This document shows positions 8,933 through 17,428 of a stretch of DNA of 37,563 nt, piece after piece. The stretch comes from Kofleriaceae bacterium (GTDB taxonomy: Bacteria; Myxococcota_A; Polyangia; Haliangiales; Haliangiaceae): contig JBGARE010000001.1 in NCBI GenBank assembly GCA_044230415.1, positions 561,195 through 598,757 of the forward strand, written 5' to 3'. Under the pieces are notes generated by a model that saw only the letters and a program-made list of their open reading frames with translations, had not been told where the DNA came from and did not search any database. The translations under genes were made by a program, and so were the position numbers. Each line of letters starts with the position of its first letter. Position 1 is the stretch's first letter.

Positions 8933-9577
8933 CTACTCGAGAGCTCGCAGGTACGCGACGAGCTCGGGCTTGATCGCCTGCATCGCTCGCGCGCGGTGAG
9001 ACAGGTCGCCCTTCGTGCCCACGCCGAGCTCCGCGAACGTCTTGCCGAGCTCGGGGAACAGGAACAGCGGGTCGTACCCGAAGCCGCCGGTGCCGCGCGC
9101 CTCCTCGAGGATCACGCCGTCGCACACGCCGTGCGCGATGATCGAGCGCGCGTCGAGCGGGCCGCTCACGTCGGCGAGTGCGAGCGAGCAGCGGAAGCGA
9201 GCTGTCCGCTTCTCGGACGGTACGCCGGCGAGCGCGCCGAGCAGCTTCGCGTTGTTCGCGGCGTCGCCCGCACCCTCACCCGCGTAGCGCGCGCTCCACA
9301 CGCCGGGTGCGCCGTCGAGCGCATCGACCTCGAGGCCGCTGTCGTCGGCGAGCGCGGGAAAGCCGGTCGCTCGTGACACCTCGCGCGCCTTCTTGATCGC
9401 GTTGCCGACGAACGTGTCCGCGTCCTCGACGACCTCGGGGATCTCGCGGCCGAGTCGCGCCTGTGCTTCGTCGACGCCGATGACGTCGATTCCAGCTACG
9501 TCCGCGAGCAACTGGCGCAGCTCGACGAGCTTGCCCTTGTTGCGCGTCGCGAACACGAGCGGGCGCGCGGCGCTCAT
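8933..9577 (-). CDS. rdgB: Non-canonical purine NTP pyrophosphatase (dITP/XTP pyrophosphatase), RdgB/HAM1 family
   Basis: [40 protein letters not shown] and GKTFAEL match the Ham1/RdgB signature blocks. Its start overlaps the rph stop by 4 nt (conserved rph-rdgB pair). Confidence 0.92.
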   Translation of the reverse strand: MSAARPLVFATRNKGKLVELRQLLADVAGIDVIGVDEAQARLGREIPEVVEDADTFVGNAIKKAREVSRATGFPALADDSGLEVDALDGAPGVWSARYAGEGAGDAANNAKLLGALAGVPSEKRTARFRCSLALADVSGPLDARSIIAHGVCDGVILEEARGTGGFGYDPLFLFPELGKTFAELGVGTKGDLSHRARAMQAIKPELVAYLRALE

Positions 9578-10281
9578 GCCGACGCGACCACCGCGCGCTG
9601 CGCCACCGCGAGCTCGCGAATGCCGATCGCCGCGAGATCGAGCATCGCGTTCAGCTGACCGCGATCGAACGTCCCGTGCTCCGCGGTGCCTTGCACCTCG
9701 ATCAGCGTGCCGCTCTCGTCACCGACGACGTTCATGTCGACATCGGCCTTGCTGTCCTCGACGTACGGCAGATCGAGCACGCACTCGCCGTTGACGATGC
9801 CCACGCTGACCGCCGCGACCGGCGGCATCAGCGCGCTGCGATCGGCGAGCGTGCCCGCCTTGACGAGCTTCTCGATCGCGAGCGCGAGCGCGACCCACGC
9901 ACCGGTGATCGACGACACGCGCGTGCCGCCGTCCGCGCACAGCACGTCGCAATCGACGTTGATCGTGCGCTCGCCTAGCTTCTTCAGATCCACCGCCGCG
10001 CGCAGCGAGCGGCCGATCAGGCGCTGGATCTCCTTGCCGCGTCCGCCCGGATCGCGCTTGCTGCGCGTGTGCGTCGAGCGCGGGAGCATCGCGTACTCCG
10101 CCGTCAACCACCCCGAGCCCTTGCCCTTCATCCACGCGGGCACGGTCTCCTCGACGCTGGCGGCGCACAGCACCCACGTATCGCCGAGCTTGATGAGCGC
10201 GGATCCCTCCGCGTGCTTCTGGAAGTGCGGGATGATCTCGAGCGCACGGAGCTGATCGGGACGGCGGCCATCGAAACGCAT
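9574..10281 (-). CDS. rph: Ribonuclease PH
   Basis: [12 protein letters not shown]...[14 protein letters not shown]...[22 protein letters not shown] is the typical RNase PH sequence. Start taken at the ATG at 10281 (235 aa). The 547-aa ORF in the track is an upstream over-extension. Confidence 0.92.
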   Translation of the reverse strand: MRFDGRRPDQLRALEIIPHFQKHAEGSALIKLGDTWVLCAASVEETVPAWMKGKGSGWLTAEYAMLPRSTHTRSKRDPGGRGKEIQRLIGRSLRAAVDLKKLGERTINVDCDVLCADGGTRVSSITGAWVALALAIEKLVKAGTLADRSALMPPVAAVSVGIVNGECVLDLPYVEDSKADVDMNVVGDESGTLIEVQGTAEHGTFDRGQLNAMLDLAAIGIRELAVAQRAVVASA

Positions 10282-10323
10282 GGCGCGAACCCTACCGCAA
10301 AGCCTCTGGGCTAGGCTGATGGC

Positions 10324-11148
10324 ATGACCGCATCGCCGATGGCCGCGCCGCTGACATGGGACCTCGTCTCGGCTGCCTACAGCCAAGAGGTCGTGCCGTT
10401 GTTCGAGAACTTCGCGCGCGATGCATTGCGGCTCGGCGCCGCACCTGCGGGCTCGCGCGTCGTCGACGTGGCGTGCGGCCCGGGAACGCTCGCGTTCCTC
10501 GCGGCGGCGGCCGGGCACCGTGTCGACGCGCTCGACTTCTCGCCGGAGATGCTGTCGTACCTCGAGGCGCGCCGCGAACGCGAAGGCCTCGATCGCATCA
10601 CCGCACAGCACGGCGACGGCCAAGCGCTCCCCTACGACGACGCCACGTTCGGCGCGGGGTTTTCGATGTTCGGCTTGATGTTCTTCCCCGATCGCGCGGC
10701 GGGCTTTCGCGAGCTGCGTCGCGTGCTCGTGCCCGGTGCACGCGCGGTGGTCTCGAGCTGGCCGCGGCTCGAGGACAACCCGATCTTGAGCGCGATGTTC
10801 GCCGCGATCCGCACGGCGCTGTCCTCGATCCTTCCGCCCGGCGCCGCGCAACCGAGCGCCGCGGAGATGCCGCTCTCGACGGAGGCGCTGTGCACCGCCG
10901 AGATGTCGGCGGCGTTCGCAGACGTTCGTGTTCATCGCATCGTCCACGTCCAACACGCGGACTCGGCCGACGCGCTGTGGGCGAACCTCAAGCGCACGAT
11001 GGCGCCGATCGTCCTCATGCAGCGCAACCTCGGGGACAAGTTCGCGTCCGTCGATGCCGCGGCCAACTCCGCGATCCGCAACGCGACCGGCCCGGGGAAG
11101 GTCGAGGTCCAGCTCCCGGCCTGGCTGACCGTCGGCGTCGCTGCGTAG
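10324..11148 (+). CDS. Class I SAM-dependent methyltransferase
   Basis: Motif [14 protein letters not shown], post-I acidic residue (VDALD) and a motif II region. Divergent from rph. Confidence 0.8.
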   Translation: MTASPMAAPLTWDLVSAAYSQEVVPLFENFARDALRLGAAPAGSRVVDVACGPGTLAFLAAAAGHRVDALDFSPEMLSYLEARREREGLDRITAQHGDGQALPYDDATFGAGFSMFGLMFFPDRAAGFRELRRVLVPGARAVVSSWPRLEDNPILSAMFAAIRTALSSILPPGAAQPSAAEMPLSTEALCTAEMSAAFADVRVHRIVHVQHADSADALWANLKRTMAPIVLMQRNLGDKFASVDAAANSAIRNATGPGKVEVQLPAWLTVGVAA

Positions 11149-11215
11149 TCGCGCACGTGCCCCGTGTAGTCGTGGTGTCGTCGGCGATCGCGGCCCCCAC
11201 CGATACCGTCGGATC

Positions 11216-11662
11216 ATGCGCTCGGCCTCGATCTCCGCTCCGCCGATCTACATCCCGGTACAACGCATCGCGTCTGTCACCCCCGACTCGCCCATCTATG
11301 GCACCGGCACCACCGGTGCCTTCATGGCTTTCAGGGACGCCTGGATCGAGGACATGATCCTCGACGAGGGTCCGACGAGCCTCGATCTCTCGCCGTTCGA
11401 CGAGATCCACGCGTTCGCGGAGCTCGACGACGACGGCACGCCGTACACCGACGTCGATCCCGTCGCCGAGATCATCGAATCGGACGTCATCGAGATGATG
11501 GACGAGATCGATGCCGCGCTCGACGCGCTGTGCGCCGCGCTCGACGACCCAATCGACGACCACCGCATGTACCTCGTCGACCGCGACGGCAACCGCACCT
11601 ACTTCGATAGCGGCACCGCGCTGCACGCCGCCGTTCGCTCCCAGCCGCGCCGCAGTCACTAG
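11216..11662 (+). CDS. Hypothetical acidic protein (an alternative start ATG at 11324 is plausible)
   Basis: ORF in the coding strand gap. Strongly acidic (D/E-rich) with a C-terminal [19 protein letters not shown] segment. No recognizable domain. Confidence 0.3.
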   Translation: MRSASISAPPIYIPVQRIASVTPDSPIYGTGTTGAFMAFRDAWIEDMILDEGPTSLDLSPFDEIHAFAELDDDGTPYTDVDPVAEIIESDVIEMMDEIDAALDALCAALDDPIDDHRMYLVDRDGNRTYFDSGTALHAAVRSQPRRSH

Positions 11663-11708
11663 CGTCGGTTTTTCGCGAGCGCCCCGGCGATCGGCCTACA
11701 ATTTCGGG

Positions 11709-12797
11709 GTGCCTCGCCCGACCTTCACGATCGAGCTCGCGTCCGACGCGAGCTTCGCGAAGGACCTCGCCGCGGGCGGTGTGTTCGTGGCCGCACGAGG
11801 CTTCTGCGTGCTCGACGAGATCGATCTCGTGGTGCGCGGCAACGCGGGCGAGCTGTGCCTGCACGCGCGCGTGGTCTACATCGATCCCGCCACCGGCTGC
11901 GGGCTCGAGCTGGTCGGTTTCGGGCCCGCGATCAAAGAGCAGCTCGCCCAGCTCGCATCCACGCCGGCGGAGATCGCGGTGGTCGCCGCCACGAAGCAGC
12001 GCCGCCAACGCGTGCTCACGTCGCGCCCCGGTCAGAAGCGCAGCCCGGACGCGCGGGACATCGCGATGCTCGAGCTCGACGATCTCGCAGACACCGACGG
12101 CATCGTCGCGGATCTCGTCGAGCTCGACGACGATCGCGAGCTCGACGACGGCGAGGCCGACAACGACGCGATCGACAACCTCGACGGCCTAGAAGCCGAC
12201 AGCGAGCTCGGGACCGCCGGCGATGGCGACGACGAGACCGCTGGCGATCGGGACTCGAACGATGATGACGGCGCGGGGACCGACGACGAGGCCCGACGCG
12301 ATGGCGACTCCGCGTCAGCCGATGCCGCTGGCGTGCGCGATACGCCGAACCTCGATGGCGAAGGCACGCTCCCCGATGGACAACGCGCGCCGCTCAACGC
12401 GCTCGATCGGCTGCGCGGAATTCCGCTCGCGCAGCAGCTCAAGGTCGCGCGTGGGCCGAGCGCCTCGGAGCGCATGGCGGTCGAGCGCATGTACGGCAAG
12501 AACGTGTGGGATGCGCTGCTGCGCAACCCCGGGCTCACCGCACCCGAGGTCGCGCGCTTGTCGCGCCTCGGAACGCTGCCGCGCGTGTTGCTCGAGGTCA
12601 TCGTCACCAACAACACGTGGCTGCAGGTCCCCGAGGTGCGCCGCGCGTTGCTCTCGAACCCGCGGCTCGGCACGGATCAGATCACGCGCGTGCTGCGCCT
12701 TCTGCCCAAGCACGAGCTGAAGCTCGCTTCGACGATCCCCGCGTATCCGCACTCCGTGCGCAGCCTCGCGAAGAAGATGATCAAAGACAACGAGTAG
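11709..12797 (+). CDS. Hypothetical protein with a possible N-terminal PilZ-like beta-barrel, an acidic low-complexity linker and a repeat-containing C-terminal domain
   Basis: Candidate GTG start at 11709, 7 nt downstream of TACAAT (11697-11702). GFCVLDEIDLVVRGNAGELCLHARVVYIDPATGCGLELVGF resembles the second half of PilZ domains. Long D/E-rich linker. C-terminal repeats (NPGLTAPEVARLSRL / NPRLGTDQITRVLRLL). The track ORF 11511-12797 over-extends upstream into the neighbouring ORF. Confidence 0.4.
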   Translation: MPRPTFTIELASDASFAKDLAAGGVFVAARGFCVLDEIDLVVRGNAGELCLHARVVYIDPATGCGLELVGFGPAIKEQLAQLASTPAEIAVVAATKQRRQRVLTSRPGQKRSPDARDIAMLELDDLADTDGIVADLVELDDDRELDDGEADNDAIDNLDGLEADSELGTAGDGDDETAGDRDSNDDDGAGTDDEARRDGDSASADAAGVRDTPNLDGEGTLPDGQRAPLNALDRLRGIPLAQQLKVARGPSASERMAVERMYGKNVWDALLRNPGLTAPEVARLSRLGTLPRVLLEVIVTNNTWLQVPEVRRALLSNPRLGTDQITRVLRLLPKHELKLASTIPAYPHSVRSLAKKMIKDNE

Positions 12798-12801
12798 GGC
12801 G

Positions 12802-14028
12802 CTACTCGATCGTGACGGCGACGCGCTCGGCGATGCCGGACTTCGCGGTGCTCGGCGCTTCTTCGGCGTAGATGCGCGCGGCGTGGCGGCATGCATCGTC
12901 GAACTTCTTCTCGCACAAGATGCGAACACGCAGCCAGAGTGCGTCGGCGTGCTCCGCGCGGTTCTTGTGCGCGAAGCGGCTCATGTACATCTCGAGCGTC
13001 TTGAGTGCGGCGGCGTTGTCCTTCAGCGCGGTCTTCTGTAGGTACGCGATGCTGTACATCGCCCGCGACGCGTCGTCGCCGCGCCCCGTGCCGGCGGTCT
13101 CGCGATGCTTCGCGATCGCGTCCTTCGAGTCGACGATGCCCAGGTCGAGCGCGGGCTGCATCGGTGCCAAGAGGAGCGCCTTGTGGAGATTCTCCTCGTA
13201 CACGACGACCTTCTTCTTGCCCGGACGTCCGCTGCCTTCGTCGCTGCTGGTGGATCCGTTCGATCCGGCGCTCGATCCATTCGATCCATTCGGGCCATTC
13301 GGGCCATTCGAGCCACCGGCGGAGCCCGCGTGCGGAGGATCGATCGGCATCTCGATATCGGTGCGGTCGAGCGGCGCGACGACGTTCGAGCCCGCCGCCG
13401 CGACCTGCGCCGACGGGAGATCCGCGATCGCGATCTGTCCGCGCTTCGTGGTCCACGCGTGGCCGATCGCGACGCGCACCGCCGACTCGGGCTGCGTGCG
13501 CTTCTTCACCTCGACCACACCCTCGGTGACGATGACGATCACCTCGCCGGTCCCTTCGCCGAAGTCCACGGAGAATCGCGTGCCGACGACGACCACGTCG
13601 GTCTCGCCCGCGCGCACGATCAGCGGCGGCCGTGTGCCGCGCTTGCCGACCTCGAGGTCGACCTTGCCGCGCGACATCTCGACGAGCACGCCGCCCGCGG
13701 GGCGGGTCACCACGAACTTCGTGCCGGGCTCGCTCGCGATGCGCGCATCGCCGATGTCGAGCTTCGTGCCCTCGGTCGTGTCGACACGGATCGGCTCCTC
13801 GACAGCGACGACGTTCACGTCGGGTGCCGTCGACGCGCCGAGCCTCCAGCTCGCGAGCCCGATGGCGACCATCGCCGCGGCCATGACCGCGAACCCGAGC
13901 CACTTGGTGCCCCGCGCGAGCGCGGGCTTCTGTGCCGCGTCGCTCGCGGCGATCACGACGTTGCGCTCGATGTTCGTCATCCGCTCGTCGGACAGCGGCT
14001 CGACGGGAATGCGATCTCGCAGAGTCAT
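12802..14028 (-). CDS. Anti-sigma factor, FecR family: cytoplasmic anti-sigma N-terminus, one TM helix, periplasmic FecR domain, Asn/Gly/Ser-rich linker and a C-terminal helical (TPR-like) domain
   Basis: TM helix WLGFAVMAAAMVAIGLASW. FecR-like block KFVVTRPAGGVLVEMSRGKVDLEV...VVVVGTRFSVDFG...VIVIVTEGVVEV. Its start overlaps the stop of the upstream ECF sigma gene by 4 nt. Confidence 0.8.
   Translation of the reverse strand: MTLRDRIPVEPLSDERMTNIERNVVIAASDAAQKPALARGTKWLGFAVMAAAMVAIGLASWRLGASTAPDVNVVAVEEPIRVDTTEGTKLDIGDARIASEPGTKFVVTRPAGGVLVEMSRGKVDLEVGKRGTRPPLIVRAGETDVVVVGTRFSVDFGEGTGEVIVIVTEGVVEVKKRTQPESAVRVAIGHAWTTKRGQIAIADLPSAQVAAAGSNVVAPLDRTDIEMPIDPPHAGSAGGSNGPNGPNGSNGSSAGSNGSTSSDEGSGRPGKKKVVVYEENLHKALLLAPMQPALDLGIVDSKDAIAKHRETAGTGRGDDASRAMYSIAYLQKTALKDNAAALKTLEMYMSRFAHKNRAEHADALWLRVRILCEKKFDDACRHAARIYAEEAPSTAKSGIAERVAVTIE
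13255..13320. repeat. Imperfect 9-bp tandem repeats (ccattcga/gg variants) encoding the (GSNGPN)n linker of the anti-sigma factor
   Basis: Read directly: ggatccgttcgatccggcgctcgatccattcgatccattcgggccattcgggccattcgagcc. Confidence 0.6.
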
Positions 14029-14663
14029 GGCGCCTCCTTGTCGACGCTATCGAACGCGACGACGTCGCCCGTCGGAACCAAGAACTCCGCGAGGACGGGA
14101 TCCGTCGCGGCCTGCGCCTCGATGCGCTTGCGCGCGCGCCACACTCGCAGCTTCGTCGCGGTCACCGACGAGCCGACGAGCTTCGCCGTCTCGGCCAACG
14201 AGCGGCCATCGATCTCGTGCAGCGTGAACGCGAGGCGCGCCGCGGGCGAGAGTTCGTCGAGCACGGCGTACAGGCGCTTCACGCCATCGCGCGCCATCTG
14301 GCGTCGCGTGCCGTGCGTGCCGCTATCGTGGATGCCGATCGCAGCTCCTGCTTCGTCATCGAGCTCGTCGGTCTGCACGCGGCGACCCTTCTGCGTCAGA
14401 TAGCGATACGCGACGCGCACGCTCACGCGATCGACCCACGTAGCCAAGCTCGCCTCGGCACGCCAACCGCGCAGCGATTGGAACACCTGGAGAAACGCCT
14501 CTTGCAGAAGATCATCCATGTCGCGGTTCGAGCCGAGCACGCGGAACAGGCACGCGTGCACGCGGTTCTTGTGGCGCCGAAACAGCTCGCGCGTGGCAGC
14601 AGGCTCGCCGGTCAAACACCGGTCGACCAGGAGCACGTCCTCCACGTAGGCCACTGCTGTCAC
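14025..14663 (-). CDS. RNA polymerase sigma-70 factor, ECF subfamily
   Basis: Region 2 (LLQEAFLQVFQSLRGWRAEASLATWVDRVSVRVAYRYL) and region 4 HTH (LSPAARLAFTLHEIDGRSLAETAKLVGSSVTATKLRVWRARKRI). Immediately followed by, and overlapping, its anti-sigma gene. Confidence 0.9.
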   Translation of the reverse strand: MTAVAYVEDVLLVDRCLTGEPAATRELFRRHKNRVHACLFRVLGSNRDMDDLLQEAFLQVFQSLRGWRAEASLATWVDRVSVRVAYRYLTQKGRRVQTDELDDEAGAAIGIHDSGTHGTRRQMARDGVKRLYAVLDELSPAARLAFTLHEIDGRSLAETAKLVGSSVTATKLRVWRARKRIEAQAATDPVLAEFLVPTGDVVAFDSVDKEAP

Positions 14664-14697
14664 TCAGACCTCATAGTGAACGACAACGCCTCGCGGG

Positions 14698-15849
14698 TTA
14701 CAGGCGCTTCGAAGAACGTGCAACTCGGCGAGATCGCTTGGATTGCGATCCATCGCGGCCCTCGTCGAGCGGACCCGGGCACACCTCGCGCAGTTTGCAG
14801 CGCGCGCACTCGCTGCCGCTCCACACGCGCTCGAACAGCGCCTGCACCTGATCGAGGAGCTGGGCGTCGTCGGTGATCATGCCGAGCTCGAAGTTCCGCT
14901 TGCCGCTGCCCTTCGCGCCCAACCCCGCGCCGGTCCAGTTCGCGCTGCCGAGATAGAGCAGCGAGCCGTCGACGATGACGGCCTTCATGTGGACGCGTGG
15001 ACATCGCGCGAGCTCGAGCCCGCGCAGCAATCGCGGATGCGCGGCGAGCTCCTCGCGAAACGGACCGCTCGGTAGCTCGGCGTGCAGTAGGCGCAGCTCG
15101 ACGCCGCGCGACGCGAGCTCGTCCAAGCGCGAGACCATCGAGACGTACGGCGTTTGCTTGCGCGAGCGACGCGCGCCCGGTCGCGCGCTGCCTTCGACCA
15201 TCATGCCCTTCACGTTGGCCGTCGCGATCCACACGCTGGTGTGCGCGGCCAACACGGCGGCGATCACGCGATCGTAGTGCGCGCGTCCGCCGACGATCTC
15301 GATGGTCACGGGCCGCGCGGGCAGATGCAGATCGAAGGGCTCGCTCTCGACGACATACGCATCGTCCGCCCGCTGCTTCGCCGATCGCGACGGTCCGCGC
15401 AGCGCGCGCTCGACCCGCGCGAGCGACGCTTCCGCGGAATCGGCGGTCGCCTTCGCCGTTCGCGTCGGCATGGCGCGGATCTTCTTCGCGACGCGCGCGA
15501 GGGAATCGGCGGCGACGAGCCCGTCGTTCGATGCGCGCGTGGCAGCGAGGTCATGGTTCGACGCCCGCGATGGCTTCGCGGCAAGGTCATTGTTCGACGA
15601 GGGCGATGGCTGCGCAGCGAGGTCATTGTTCGACGAGGGCGATGGCGCAGCGAGGTCATTGTTCGACGAGCGCGATACACGTTTGCTCGCGACGTTCTTC
15701 TTCCCCACGTTCTTCTTCGCGGTGTTCTTCTTCGTGGCGGTCTTCTTCGCGGCGGTCTTCTTCGCGGCGGTCTTCTTCGCGACCACGTCCGTCGGCGAAG
15801 TTCGCTCGTCGGATCCGTTCGTCGTATCGCGATCGACGTCGTCGCTCAC
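14698..15849 (-). CDS. Phospholipase D / Nuc-family protein with a single HKD motif, and an N-terminal Lys/Ala-rich histone-H1-like tail plus SSNNDLAA tandem repeats
   Basis: HMKAVIVDGSLLYLGSANWTGAGL is an HxK(x)4D(x)6GSxN catalytic motif, present once, as in Nuc-type dimeric endonucleases. N-terminal (KKTAA)n and (SSNNDLAAxPSP)x4 repeats. Candidate GTG start at 15849 overlaps the SDR stop in a GTGA junction. The track ORF (to 16113) over-extends into the SDR gene. Confidence 0.72.
   Translation of the reverse strand: MSDDVDRDTTNGSDERTSPTDVVAKKTAAKKTAAKKTATKKNTAKKNVGKKNVASKRVSRSSNNDLAAPSPSSNNDLAAQPSPSSNNDLAAKPSRASNHDLAATRASNDGLVAADSLARVAKKIRAMPTRTAKATADSAEASLARVERALRGPSRSAKQRADDAYVVESEPFDLHLPARPVTIEIVGGRAHYDRVIAAVLAAHTSVWIATANVKGMMVEGSARPGARRSRKQTPYVSMVSRLDELASRGVELRLLHAELPSGPFREELAAHPRLLRGLELARCPRVHMKAVIVDGSLLYLGSANWTGAGLGAKGSGKRNFELGMITDDAQLLDQVQALFERVWSGSECARCKLREVCPGPLDEGRDGSQSKRSRRVARSSKRL
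15534..15783. repeat. Two in-frame tandem repeat blocks inside the PLD-family gene: ~33-36-bp units x4 (15534-15669) and 15-bp gcggtcttcttcgcg-type units (15693-15783)
   Basis: Read directly: ...gaggtcattgttcgacgagggcgatggc... repeated; ...gtcttcttcgcggcggtcttcttcgcggcggtcttcttcgcg.... Confidence 0.7.
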
Positions 15850-16796
15850 GTCGGGAAGCTCATCCCGAGCGGCGGCGTGGCGACGCAGTGGCCGCCATCG
15901 ACGACGAGCACGTGGCCCGTCACGTACGCGGCCGCGCGCGAGCGCAGGTAGACCGCCGCGGCGGCGATCTCGTCGATCGCGCCGAAGCGCCCCGCGGGGA
16001 TCGCGGCCGTCATCTTCTGCGTGACCTCGCCGGGCGCGAGTCGCTTCATGCCCTCGGTCTCGGCGATGGGGCCGGGCGCGATGCCGCACACGCGGATCCC
16101 GAACTGCCCCCACTCGACGGCGAGGTTCTTCGTGATCGCGTCGACGCCCGCCTTCGCGGCGGAGGCGTGCACCTGCAGCGGCGTGCCGTGATAGTGGAGC
16201 GTCGCGCTGATGTTCAGGATCAGCGCGTCGCGTGTCTTCGACAGCTCTTCGAACGCGGCGCGTGCGGTGTTGAACGTACCGAGGAGATCGATGTTGATCA
16301 CGGTGGCGAAGCCGTTCGGCGACAGCGCCGCGGCGGGCGCGAGGAAGTTTCCGGCGGCGCCGTTGACGACGGTGTCGAGCTTGCCGAACTTCGCGACGGT
16401 GGCGGTGATCGCTCGCTTGATCGCTTCGGGATCGCGAACGTCGGCGGCGATACCGATCACGTCGCGGCCCGCGGCGGCTGACAGCTCGCGCGCGGTGACG
16501 TCGAGGACATCTTGCTTGCGGCTGACGATCGCGACGTCGGCGCCGAGTCGCGCGTAGGCAGCGGCGATGCCCCGGCAGATGCCGGTGCCACCGCCGGTGA
16601 CGAGGACGACATGGCCGGCCATGGCATCGGGGCGGAAGACATCGAGAGGGTTCGGCGGAGATGCGGGCGTCGGCATGTATCCGGGCATCATGCCTGCGGT
16701 AGTTCCGCGCTGCGAAAAATCGGAAACCAACTCGCCGGGTCGTTGTCTAGTGCCTCGAACCCGACAGCGCTGCTTGCTCACCGCGAGCGCGCTCAT
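15846..16796 (-). CDS. Short-chain dehydrogenase/reductase (SDR) family oxidoreductase, 2,4-dienoyl-CoA / enoyl reductase-like
   Basis: VVLVTGGGTGICRGIAAAY (TGxxxGxG Rossmann motif), NGAAGNF, and a Tyr/Lys catalytic region. The likely true start is near 16691 (MMPGYMPT...), which would leave a ~120-bp divergent promoter region to the next gene. Confidence 0.85.
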   Translation of the reverse strand: MSALAVSKQRCRVRGTRQRPGELVSDFSQRGTTAGMMPGYMPTPASPPNPLDVFRPDAMAGHVVLVTGGGTGICRGIAAAYARLGADVAIVSRKQDVLDVTARELSAAAGRDVIGIAADVRDPEAIKRAITATVAKFGKLDTVVNGAAGNFLAPAAALSPNGFATVINIDLLGTFNTARAAFEELSKTRDALILNISATLHYHGTPLQVHASAAKAGVDAITKNLAVEWGQFGIRVCGIAPGPIAETEGMKRLAPGEVTQKMTAAIPAGRFGAIDEIAAAAVYLRSRAAAYVTGHVLVVDGGHCVATPPLGMSFPT

Positions 16797-16813
16797 GTTC
16801 CGAGAGGATTTCT

Positions 16814-17197
16814 ATGCGCTCCATGACAGGTGCGCGATGGGCGACGTGCGCCCTCGCTGCGATGATCGCTGTTCCGTTCGTGGCTGCTTCGGACTCCAGT
16901 GCCGGCAGCAAGAAGTCGCTCGATGACTGCACCTCGTTCGAGCAGGTGGAGACGAGCGAAGAGGCGATGGACCTCACGATCAAGAGCACGTGCTCGATCC
17001 CGATCGACTGCTCGGTGTCCTGGCGCGTGGTCTGTGCGCCTGACTCGAAGAAGCGCCGCAGCACGCACCGCGGAGCGGCGAAGATGCAGTTCCCGACGGT
17101 CGATACGAAGTCCGCGCAGGCTTCTGCCGCAGTTTGCGGGGATGACCCGTGGGTCCTCGACTCGATCAACTGGGCCTGCGAACCCAACAAGGACTGA
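16814..17197 (+). CDS. Small secreted Cys-rich protein (hypothetical)
   Basis: N-terminal signal peptide (ARWATCALAAMIAVPFVAASDS). 8 Cys in ~100 mature residues. No known domain. Confidence 0.5.
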   Translation: MRSMTGARWATCALAAMIAVPFVAASDSSAGSKKSLDDCTSFEQVETSEEAMDLTIKSTCSIPIDCSVSWRVVCAPDSKKRRSTHRGAAKMQFPTVDTKSAQASAAVCGDDPWVLDSINWACEPNKD

Positions 17198-17428
17198 ACG
17201 ATTCCGATTCGTTAGCGCCTGCGACAGCGATCGCAGTGCATATACAGCACCACGTTAGATCCAAGGCCCGCGTCCTGCGTCTGTAATCAGCGACCGACAA
17301 ATCGAGCTGCTGGTGACGAAGAGCTGAGCACGAAGTTAGTGCCCAAGCGCTGGGAATGCTTCCCCTTCGCCCCCATCTGTTCGCTCGTCGCCCCGCTGAT
17401 ACACACGTAGTATAAGGACCCAGGATCC

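Noticed and set aside
9574-11217. 547-aa ORF covering rph plus ~840 nt upstream
   Set aside because: Only the last 235 codons (from the ATG at 10281) match RNase PH. The upstream part overlaps the oppositely oriented methyltransferase gene and is Arg-rich noise.
14698-16113. 471-aa version of the PLD-family ORF
   Set aside because: The first ~88 codons overlap the SDR gene on the same strand and are Arg-rich. A GTG at 15849 embedded in a GTGA stop/start junction is the more plausible start.
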